Positions 11,682 to 23,600 of a stretch of 64,000 nucleotides of DNA are shown piece after piece; positions within the stretch are counted from its first letter, which is position 1; each line of letters begins with the position of its first letter. Below the pieces are notes generated by a model. It was given only the letters and a program-made list of their open reading frames with translations. It had not been told where the DNA came from and did no database searches. Position numbers and translations under genes: made by a program. This DNA is from Lama glama. Its lineage: Eukaryota. Where the stretch lies: the NCBI GenBank assembly GCA_028534125.1, contig CM052817.1:91576001-91640000 (forward strand), in the 5' to 3' direction.

Positions 11682-14600
11682 CTAGACATCGAGAGGCACA
11701 TGGTCATTCCCGGGCCAGGCCAGGAGGTCCGATGCAGCAACAGAGGGCGGGTGCAGGACTCACCCACGTGCTCTGCCCTAACACCACTGGTAGGACCTCA
11801 GCATGTGGGCCACAGAGGAGCCAGCATCAGTGTGGCTGGACACTCCCAGCTTGGACACACTCGGCTCCTCCACCCTGACCTGCTGAATCAGAACCTGCAT
11901 TTTAACAGCATCTCTAGGTGATTCCTATGTACACAAAAGTTTAAAAAGCATGGCTCTATCTTCCTTTTTGAGCATATTTGGCACTCTATTTCTAAACTAA
12001 CAATCAGGGTCCAGAACAAAAATTCATTTTTTTTAAAATTGAAATATAGTTGATTTACAATGTGGTGTTAGTTTCTGGTGTACAGCACAGTGATTTTTAT
12101 ACACATATATTATTTTTCACATTCTTTTTCATTATAGATTATTATAAGCTATTGAATATAGTTCCCTGTGCTATACAGGAGGACCTTGTTGTTTATTGAT
12201 TCTGTATATAGTAGTTTGTATCTGCTAATCTCAGACTCCTAATTTATCTGCCCCTCACTTTCCCTTTTGGTAACTGTAATTTTGTTTTCTATGTCTGTGA
12301 GTCTGTTTCTGTTTTGTAAATAAGTTCATTTGTATTATTTTTTAGATTCCACATATAAGTGATATCGTATGGTATTTGTCTTTGTCTGACTTACTTCACT
12401 TAGTATAACAATCACTAGGTCCATTCATGTTGCTGCAAATGGCATTATTTCACTCTTTTTATGGCTGAGTAGTGTTCCATTGTGTATACATAGATGCCAC
12501 ATCTTCTTTAAGCAGTCATCTGTCGATGGACATTTAAGTTGCTTCCATGTCTTGAAAGTGTGTCTTTAATGACAGTGCAGAGTGTCAGCACCTCAGCTCG
12601 TCTGGCCTGTGGCATCAGACTACCTGGCTGTGCCTCGGGGCAAGGCTTTACCAGGGCAATCCTGGAGTTGTAAGAAAGAGCCCTTTTCAAAAGCAAAAGA
12701 CTCTGTATCCCGTTCTGTACTAGAGAGAAAGTTATTTTCTAGCATAAAAGTAGATGACGATGTCTTTCCCAGAGGAGAGCGGAGACTGCTCTGCCATCCC
12801 GCTGCTTTCCTATTTCCTGTGAAGCATCCTGTGAAAGGAGCGGCATCTCATCCCATAACGAGGCCTCTCAGAACCTCTCAGAAACCAGGCTAACGCTGTG
12901 ATTCTGTTCCTCTGCCGGAGGCTCCCAGCCTGGCTCACCTGCACAGCTCCCTGCTGGAGAACAGGAGCCAAGGAAGTATTAATAGACTGGTCTCCGCTAG
13001 CAGCTGCCGAAACCCAAAACGGACACATGGAAGGCACGACCAGAATACTGACCTTACTTCTGTATGCATCTGGTCAAATCAGTCTCGCTCATTTACAGTT
13101 CCATTTTGAACAAAGGGCACTGAGACACCAAAGGAGAAGGTTCCAGGCGCTGCTTTGGATGGCATGCACTGGGTGGGAGAGGAGTATGTCTGTGGTGTGG
13201 GGACAATCTCACCCTCACTCCGAGGGAGCCTCTGTGTCCAAAGCACATTTGATTTGGGTCCAAAGACTCTGGTGTGAGTCCTGGTTCTATCCATTATTAC
13301 TGCCTCCTTCTGGAAAGCTCACCTGTGTCTCTGAATTTCACTTTCCTCATCTGCAAAATCATGATAACACCAGTGATCCTTACCCTCCAAGAGTCTTCGT
13401 GGTGACAAAATAGGGTCACATAAATAAAACACCTCACACAGTGCCTGGCACAAATCGAGGAGGCAACTTGCACCAGTTTCCATGTGGGTCAGCACGCACG
13501 GGAGTTGGGGAGAACTCGGCCACGCACAGCTCTCAGACATGCTCCATCACCGAGGACATCACTTAGCCAGGAATGTGGGAATTCCTTATGAAAATCACAA
13601 CTCCCTGTCTCTATATTAAATATTTTGTTAAAAAATAATACTCCACACAGTGGAGTACTACTCAGCCATAAAAAAGAATAAATTAATGTCATTTGCAGAA
13701 ACATGGGTGGACCTAGAGATTATCATACTAAGTGAAGTAAATCAGAGAAAGACAAATAATCATATATCACTTATATGTGGAATCTTAAAAAATATTACAC
13801 ATGAACTTATTTACAAAACAGAAACAGATTCACAGACATAGAAAACATTTATGGTTACCAAAGGGGAAAGGTCGGGGGAGGGATAAATTAGGAGTTTGAG
13901 ATTAACAGATAACACACTACCATATATAAAATAAACAAGGTCCTGTTGTATAGCACAGGGAACTATGTTCAATATCTTGTAGAAGCCTATAATGCAAAAG
14001 CATATGAAAAAGAATATACATGTGTATATATGAACATATAGAAATGAATCACTTTGCTGTATACCTGAAACTAACACAACACTGTAAGCAAACTACACTT
14101 CAAATGAAAAAATAATACCCTTGAAATAGGAATTCTAGTTAACCTTCTGATTCACTGAAAAAATCCCATGAGAAGCCTAAGACTTCTCGTATTGTTCTCT
14201 GGTCATTTTCTTGCTCATTATCCTTCTTTTCAGGCAGTAAAAAATGGACAGACTGAAAAGAAAGAACTCAGTCTCAGGTGTTGATTCTTCAAGGCAGCCC
14301 TAAGGCACAACAGTTAAGAGTGCTTCTCCACTTTGACCAAGAGTCCTAAGGTTTTTTTTCCTTTTTTGGGGGGGGGTAATTAGGTTTATTTATTTATTAA
14401 TTTTTTATTAATGGAGGTACTGGGGATTGAACCCAGGACCTTGTGCATGCTAAGCACACACTCGACCACCGAGCTATACCCTCCCCCTGAGCCCTGCGTT
14501 TCTTGTTGGTGATCTGGGATCAGCAGTAATAGTAGTTGCCCCATGGAGTTACTGGGAGGATTGAAGGAGATCATGCACAGAAGCCTTGAGCACAGCGCCC

Positions 14601-17600
14601 ACCCAGAGGAAGTGCTCAAGAAACACTGGCCGCACGATTAGCCCTCAGACCAAACCTCTGGGCCATGTAGTTCGGCCTCTTGTTGATAAGTTACCTATAT
14701 TTACAACAAGGAAAGTAGATCCTGTCTATCTGTCCCCTTGGCACGTTGTACCAGACTACAGTTAAAACAGCTTCCAGAAGTGTTGTTCTGTTTGTGTTAA
14801 AGTGTGCATAACAATACTGGTGATTTTAGAAACAAATGAATGCCATGAGTCAGATCTGATTATTTTTCAGGTAGTCTCCCCATGACCCCAGATAACTAAT
14901 CATTCACATGAAGCTTGGAAAAAAACTCTAAACAGGGACGTGGCTTTGCACAAACGGTTCCTTCTCTTGTCTCCTGTGCTCTCTTGTTTTGATGAGAAAA
15001 ATCATGTCCTTGCAATGAAATCACAGGACTCATTTGTTTTAAGGAGCTAAGTAGCGTTGTTATCGTTAGTTACCACTGCTTTAAAGGGTTGTTGTTAAGC
15101 TGTGTGCAGCCTGGAACGATGATTTGGCCTAATTCATGCTGGCCATGAAAGCCTTGGAGTTAATAACAGTGTCAGTTTCATTTCACATGACACATGTCCT
15201 TTGCCATTTCTACCCGCCCTTTAAACAGAAGTTGTAGCTTCAGTACTTGTTAGTGGCTGCCAAGGAGAGCAAGTCACTGCCAGAGCAATTTTAAAGCCAT
15301 CTCAGGGATACAAGAAGGGACATTCAAATCATGGCAATTTTCAGATTAAATGCACATGATCTGATCCTGCTTATGTTAACAAGCTAGAGGATGCTGGGAC
15401 GCAAACCACAGCTGAGCAGAAAAGGCTGCACACGGCTGCCTGGCTCCCAGGAGGAACTGGCATTCTCAGGCTGAGCTAAGGACAGCAGCGATGAGCTTCC
15501 AGAGAATCCCAGCTGTGTGCTTTAAGGACTAGTCAGAGGCGCCTGACTGGGAAGAGAGCCTTCAGGGGGCACATGAAAACTACCAAAATATTTGTAGGGC
15601 TGCTAAGCAGAAGACAGACTGACACTGTACATAAGAAAGAAAGGGAGATAATTAGGGCCTAGGGCTGGATGTTACAGGGAAAACCATTTGGGCTCAACAG
15701 AAAGAACTTTATAATCATCAGTGCCCAACAGCTAATTCCATAATATCTGTTTGTTCAGACAGCCAGCCGCCTTTGTGCATGACGCTAAGCCCCTCATCAT
15801 GGAGGTTTCCAAGAAGAGGTTCACTGAGGAGTTGGAAGGGGAGGCTCAAACCAAGAGGGAGGTTGGATTATTTGATTTTTTAAAAATAACAGCTTTATGG
15901 AGATATAATTCACATTTCATAAAATTCACTCTTTTCAAGTGTATGATTCAGTAGTTTTCAGTTGTGTCACCATCAGCACTAATTTTAGAAGCTTTTATCA
16001 CCTGTAATGGGACCCTCCATACTCATTAGCCATCAACCTCTACCCCCTCATCCCCCCCTCAGCTCTGGCAACTGCTGATCTGCCTTCTGTCTCTATGGCT
16101 AGAGTGGACCATTCATATCAATGGAATCATATACTGCATGGTCTCTTGTGACTGGCTTCTTGCACTGAGCACGTTTTCAAGGCTCATCCATGCTGTAGCG
16201 TGTCACTATTTCATTCCTCTTGATTGCCAGATGATAAGGACTCTGATTTTACAGTTTTTCCCCAACACCAAGACCTCATGCTCTAGGCTTGAGATTTTAT
16301 TGTCTTCCTTCCTTTTATATCATAGAGGGATCGCCTAATTTCCACTGTGCAGAGTAAGTTCAATTTGTACCATGACTTCAAATAACAGGATCCTTAGGTT
16401 TCCAGAATGAGACAACCGAAAGACAAAACAGCCACAATAAAACAGCGATCATTAAATCTAGTGTTTCCATAACATTTCTACCACTTTTCCATTTCTTAGC
16501 CTGCCTGCCAAAGCCCAAGGGTGGGGCTGTTTAGACTCTGAGTTTCCAGTCATAAGCACGAGGCCCTGGGCAGAGGATGCTCAGATATTCTGACGGAGCG
16601 GTCTGCACCGGGGCAGGATGACACCTTTTCGGTGCCCTGCTCATTCCCGCGGCCCTAAGGCACAGACCCGCCCTGGCCACTGGCAGCCCGGTGTCATACT
16701 CACAGGTCGTAGATGCAGTTTGGAGTGAAGGAGTGATTGGCCTTGTGTCCCAAGGAGGCACAGTACTTGGATACATGGTTGTAGGGCTCAGGCACGTCAA
16801 TGACCGTTTCTTCATCAAGGGAGAGGGTGTTCCCGTTGAGCGCCCAGTCCCTGCTGTCAACCTGCAGAAAACAAGAACGCGAACATTAGAAAGGATCTTG
16901 TTGGCAGGGAGGATATAGCTCAGGTGGTAGAGCACGTGCTTAGCATGCATGAAGTCCTGGGTTCAATCTCCAGTACCTCCCGTAAAATAATAATAAAAAT
17001 TTAAAAATAAAAAAATAAAAACAGAAAGGACCTTCCTCCCGAGAGCTCAAATGACACTGGAGACATTAACTCATTTATCCTTAAAATTCATGATTTGAGT
17101 GCCACATACATGAAAACAACCTAAGGCACCCCTGGCACCTGGATGGGGGCAAACACTGAACACCAGTATTGCAAGAGGCAGTTGTGGGCAGCACCAGGCA
17201 GGTCCACTCTTTATTGATTTTTCCTTTATCTTAGATGAAAAAAAGGATTTAAAGTCCCTTATAAAGACACAAAAATATAGCCAGATGTCTTGAATTAAAA
17301 ACAGGTGAGTGTTATATAAGTGAGTCAAAGAGGGCCTCTGTGTATTGGCCCCTGGGTTGTTTATCTCTTCACTGTGGGCTGAGACCTGTTACCTCAAAAG
17401 CTCACCCGCACCAAACTCAAAATTGTAGATGGGGAGGGTATAGCTCAGTGGTAGAGCACGTGCTTAGCATGCAGGAGGTCCTGCGTTCAATCCCTAGTAC
17501 CACCATTAATAAAATAATAATAATTAAAAAATTAAAAAGAACTATAAAAATAAAAAAATTTTTACACATCCCACTGTTTTTTAAATAGCCCAAATAGAAC

Positions 17601-20600
17601 AGAGTTTTAGCCATTCCGAGTCTGCTGCGTAACCCATGAAACCTCACCACACCTGCTAGGAGTAGATGGATAAACCCAGGACCATAAAGACACCAGATGT
17701 AGCTGTCCTTGGGAGCTCTTTGGCCCAGAGACTCCTCCCACACTACACATCACCTAGACCTGTCCGCCCCTTTCTGATCCCTCTCTTTCCCACAAGTTCC
17801 CTTGCCCTTCACTCCTCTGGACGGTGATAAGCCTCTGAACGGTCTCATGCTGGGAGGATGTCCCCTCTCATTGCAACCTGTCCAGTCACCACCCAGCATC
17901 TACAAAGCTGGCTGTGTGTGGTCGCCTCTTGTGGTCTTTTTCTCAGATCAGCCCCCAAGTCCCTTGAACCCCTACAGTGAGAAAGATGAGGCAAAAGAAA
18001 CATGAAAGTAAGAACATCAAATGGAACCAGAAACGGAAGGAAGGCAAAGCTGCATTCCAGGAAATTTCTACACCTTTGTTGCAGGTGGGCAATCAATGTG
18101 ACCAGCAGACAGTCACGGACAACCAGGGCCCTTTCTCATCCACAACAGGACTCACCATCTGCAGTGCAAGCAACAGGCTTCCCTTCCCCAACCACTCCCG
18201 ACCAACATGCCCCAGGATCTGTGGGAGACAGCCTTTTGGAATAAATAGGATCGCACTTCCATTCAAAGCTGTTGACTCTCAGAGGTATAGCCTCTCTCCT
18301 GGCTCTAAACTACCATCACACTTTTATTTGTATCTGACATTCAATCAACAGATATTGACAGAACGCCTACCATATGCCAGGCACTGTTCCAGGTGCAGGA
18401 GACACAGCAGTGATGAAAGTGAAAAAAATTGTTGTGGCTCTTGATATTTCAGAACTGTCATGAGATACCGTATGTGGCACTTGGTAGCATTTACCTTAGG
18501 TTGCCACTAGTTGTATTATTTTTCTCATCTCCCCAACAGAATCTAAATTTCGTGAGGGCAGGGAGGGCACCTCATTGATTTACATAGTGAGTTTCAGCAC
18601 AGAGCCAGGGTCTGCTATTTGAAACCCTGCCTGAACTCTGCTGGTAACCTTGGGCAAATTGCTTAACCTCTGTGGGCTGCAGTTTCCTTAGCTGTGGAAT
18701 CTTTGAATACATAAATTACATATCAGTATCCTGAGCCACCTTCCGTAGGCTGAATGTCTTGGACTCTCGGGACTGACTGTCACAGGGGACACTGTGTGGC
18801 CGACCACAGCTTGGTTTGAGTGCACTGACAGCCTGTGCAACTGCTTTGAATGTACAGGGACTTGATCATTTCACAGCATTTTGCCCTTTATCATTCCACA
18901 GGAAGACATTTTGTTGTGTATAAGCCACTGACTCTATGGTGTTTTTGCTACAGCAGTCTGAGGCCCTGCTATAACACAATATCGAAGCATTTACAAAAGA
19001 GCCTAGCTTTTTGTTCCTCCGTATTTCTAGTGAATATTAAAATAAAGGAAATAATGAGAAAATTAAGGGTGTTTGAAACAAAGCCCTTTAACCAATCAAG
19101 CTGATTTTCCACTTCTACCCCACTCACCTCTTGGTGTGTAATTCGGACTCCATTATAAAAAGACATAACAGTATTAGGTCCCATGGCTACCTTTGAAAAC
19201 AGTCCTTCTCCAGCACTGGAAATGAGAGAGTCAGCAACATAAACCCTAAATAGAAAAAAAGGGCAAATAATGACTCTTTTTTTTTTTTTTTGGTTTGATA
19301 TGTCATTCCTTACATTAACCACAAAAATACCATTATGGCTATGGAATCCAACATGTCAGTTCATAATAATTCCAAGAGGAAGTAAGGACAAATTAAGCCA
19401 CAGATTTTGGCATTGGAAATTGGGGAACCGGTACTTATGTCTCTTACTGCTCCCTAATACAGGGGTTATTAGTATATGTTCACAAAGTCACCCATTGCTT
19501 GATGGAAGGCTTTTAAAAATTTTTATGTTTTTAGTTAATGACAATTTCCACCATCTTCCAGGACACGGCAAACATTTCCCAAAACTAATTAAAGCTGTAC
19601 CCAAGTTTCTCTATGCCATATAGGAGGGAAAGGCTGTTGTAATGAAGCCTCAGGATGGACCCTTTACATGACAGAGTGACAAACAGTTAATAAAATATAT
19701 CCAATGAGCATTTCCCAGCAAAGGAATTTATTTATATATTTAAACTTTTTTTTATTGAGTTATAGTCATTTTACAATGTTGTGTCAAATTCCAGCATAGA
19801 GCACAATCTTTCAGTTATCAGCAAAGGAATTTATAACAGAACAGCCAGCTATGGCCCAAGGACCAAATCCGGCTGTTGTCCATTTTTGTGAAGTTTTTTT
19901 GGGGACACAGCCACATGCACTTGCTCAGTGTTATCTATGACTGCTTTAGCATTACAAAGGCAGACTTGAGTAGTTGCAAAAGCCTAAAATACTAAGCAGC
20001 CCTTTACAGAACAAGTTTGCCAACCACTGGTTAATTAGAAAACAGCTCTCACAACTCCGGAACTGGATTTAGTGAGCCAGGACATGCTCCATCCACAGTT
20101 TCAGTTCTTCGAGCCCTGGGGATGCAGTGACTCTGGTGGAGCGGGTCATCTTCATTCAGACTAGAAGGCTGAATTACTGCCTCTACCTCTTGACACCCTC
20201 CCGGGGACAGAATTCTACACCCTGCCACTTGGCTGTGTGACCTCCCTCGCTTCCTTCAGCTCAGGCAGAGAACACCTCCCTGCCTGATGGGCTCCGGGCT
20301 TGGTGTCATCTGCTTTGCTACTAGAAGGTGGGCAGAAGTGACTGCCAGGCTGGGTCTCGGGGGTTAAGAAGCACGGCAAGTTTCTACCAGCCTCCTTGGC
20401 TTCCATTCATCTCCACAAGAAGAAGATGCCCCAGGGGGCTGTTGTTCCCTTAGCCTGAGTCTTCGAAGGAAGGCATGTGAGACAGACCGGAGCCCAACGT
20501 GAAACCTGGACGGCAGCCTAGTCGGGCTGGGCCAAGAGGATCGCCGTCCAAAGCGGCTGAGCCTCTGCCCATCTACAGAATCACGAGCCTAAAATAAAAT

Positions 20601-23600
20601 GTCTGCTTTCTTAAATCACTGATAGTTTAAAGGTGTTGTTATGGGGCATCACCACAATGACAGTAACAAAAAAAGACTGGGTTACGGTGCTGTTGTGTTT
20701 GGGTGGCTAACAAGAGACCAGACTCTTCCCTTTGTCAACGGGGCAGAGCCTCGTGGCAAGAAAGAGGCCATTCATTCACTGTGACATTGTGGTGTCAGCC
20801 CTGTCAAACCAGGGAAGAGGCCTTTTCTCAGACAGATGGAACAGAAATGGAACAGAGGTCATGCTTACAGAGCGAGGCAACGAGAAAGCCAACTGCAGGT
20901 GGCGCTCTTACCCACAAACAGGCCAGTGGCTGGGGAGTAAGAATTCCAGGCAGGGGACCAGAGAAAGCCACATCAGGAGTCAAGAGTGGAGTTTAGATAA
21001 GTTATGAAATGGAACAGGGCTTGACCCTCTGGGAGGGAACTTATAAAATCAGAAACTTGTCATTTACAAGCTGGCATGTTCTTTATGCTTCTTATATTTT
21101 CTTTATTTCATGCCTATCTTCCCTTTGTGACTGAAGAAATTATCTTGTGTTCCAGACCCCGTCGGCTGGGCGAGGTCGAAAAGGAGGCATCTGGTCTCTG
21201 CCTTGGCTAGAGCTATCCAGAGTGTGAAATGCTCCTGAGGGGCAAGCAGGGGCTGAGACACAAATGGTGGCACTAGGGCCCCAAGAAAGGGGACACTTGG
21301 GCAGGGCACAGCTGGCTGCCTGGCCCAACCACTCTCTCTTTGCAGAAGTTTCATTCTGGGACTGACACATGGCACAGGCTGTTCTGTGCTTTATGGCTGG
21401 AGAAGCTCTCTTACAGGGACAGATTCTGTATGAGAATAAAAGAACTCTTCCCCAGAATATCTGAGGATGTTTTTCTGCTCAGGAGCTCGGCCTGAGCAGA
21501 GCCACAGAGGAGCATTAATTCCTACCACAGGGGTTATTTAATCTCACAGAAACAGTGCCATCAAAACCACAAGGAAAAAATTACCTCTCTGCTTCATACG
21601 GATCTGGAAGAAGAGCATTGGCAGAAATGCAAGATGAAGTTGACTTATCAAAATGGTACACCGAACCTGGAAAGCAAACAGACAGCTCAGCGCAGGCCCA
21701 GAGTCAGGGAAGGACATTTAAAACATTTCTCTCCATTCAAGGGACCAGAAAGAGGTAAATAACGAAAGATGTTATTCAAGTTACACCAACTAGAATGAAA
21801 TTCTTCGATACAAGTGGATAGTTTTCAGATTTGCTCTAGAGTTTTATTTTCAGGTCATAATGAAGAGCCATTAGAAGTATCTCTTAAAATCCTATTTTTG
21901 CTTTTGCATTTTCTTTATTCAAATAGTTTAAGAGCTGCTTGTGTCATTAACATTTTTTAATCAAGAAAATGCTCTGTCACGAAAATTTGAGATCTCTCTG
22001 GTCAGATCAGACTGGATAATAGTTTTAAATTTTTCCTGTGGTTTTCTTCATCCTAGACACAGTCTGTAGAATCCAACCACCCACCCTTGGCAATTGTCTC
22101 CTTCACTAAAAATAAACAGTCAGCCTCACTAGAATTAAGGAGAACAGACTGCTTTTGATAAAGCATTAACAAAGTCATCTTATTTCTATTAAAGTGGTTC
22201 AAAAGCCAATTAGTGATTTATTCCAGAAACGAAGGCAGACAACTGTCCTAGAATTAACATCAGTCCTCTGCACAGAATGCTCCCAGAGTACAGGAAAGAC
22301 ATCCGGTGTTCCAAAGGCTAATAAGTAAAGAAACAAGTTTTGGAACTGGAGGGCTCACTCCTGCAAAGTCAATTATTTTAGGCACTAAGGCATCACAAAT
22401 TATTCCATTAAGCAATTCCTTAGTGGTTACCAATGGTTACCAGGTCTTGGTTCTGTTTTTTTAATAAAATCAAAACCCAAATTAATGTCTCAAACTAAAA
22501 GTCAGAAGAACAATCCAGATCTGTCAGTGTCTAACCAGGAAACAGACCATTTGAGCATCTCAAAGAGAGAGAACTTAATTCTGAGAATTGGTTATACAGA
22601 GCACAGAAATGCTGCGAAGCCAAACAGGGCAACGAGGAGCCTGCAGACTGGCAAGAGCAGGACTGAAAGCCTGAACCACAGGGACAAAGGCAGAGGTGTT
22701 CCCAGAGCTCTAGAGCCCCGGGGAGCCCAGGGAAGCTGGCCCCATGGGGATTGGTCCTGGTGGGAGATGGAATCAGGGGGACTTGGCTGGACACACAGAG
22801 CTTCTCCCTGCTCCCTTCCCTCTCTGTGTCCTCGGCCAGCGCCTCCCTGTGGCCAAACCCAGACAGAAGGCAGATGCACAAGAGGCTGGGAAATGCAGCC
22901 CGCATTACTGCAGAAGGCCCTGCAGTAACCGCTGGGCAGGGAAAGGTTGAGGCACGCATCTGGACTAGCCCGAAACCCAGGAAAGGAAGTTAGTTCAAAA
23001 GAGGAACAAAAAACTATAAAGCCAAATATTTCTGTGGAATACATGTTCTAGTAAGCAGAATTTCTCCTATGAACGCCCATCTCCTTTCCTGAGGCTAAAA
23101 CTTTCTTCACAAATATACTAAGTGCCAGCTACTGGGAAAGCACCGCGTTTGGGGCTGTGCAGACACAGACGAGAGCACGTCTCTTCCTGCCCTCAAGGAG
23201 TTGGTGCATCTCCTCCAGCGCACACTGTCCCTCCCTCTGCTCCCTTAGATAGCCAGGCCTGTGCTCCGGACAGACAGACAGCATCCTTGACTTCTCCTCC
23301 TTTGGCCTATTGTTTATACTATGACCTTTGACTAGAATTCATCCATTCACTTGACAAACATTAATTCTAAGAGGTTAGCCAAGCCATAAAGACGGAATAG
23401 GAATTAGCCAGGGAATGGGATTCCTGTGGGGAGAGAAGAAATTCCGGCCAGAGGCACAAGGAGAAAATCAGCACAGAGAAAGTGGAGAGGCCGAAGCAGT
23501 TCGTGGTTCCGGAAGCATGAAGAGGAAGGGTGTGGAGGGGGAAGTCCGTGAGGAGGACTTCAGATATTTGCAATCTATTTTCCTCCTCCTCCCCCAGCCA

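Noticed and set aside
11682..11767. In-frame Met-containing extension upstream of exon 8
   Set aside because: It lies in intron 7. The AG at 11683-11682 gives the correct phase and the 366-aa product.
12027..14106. A single twin-primed (5'-inverted) L1 insertion
   Set aside because: Both pieces contain the same L1 3' region with their own tails and are separated by 1.1 kb of unrelated DNA, so they are two independent insertions.
16905..17505. Apparent tRNA-Ala(AGC) genes here and at six other sites
   Set aside because: A-rich tails, TSDs at several copies, stem-breaking mutations and dispersed copies indicate SINEs rather than tRNA genes.
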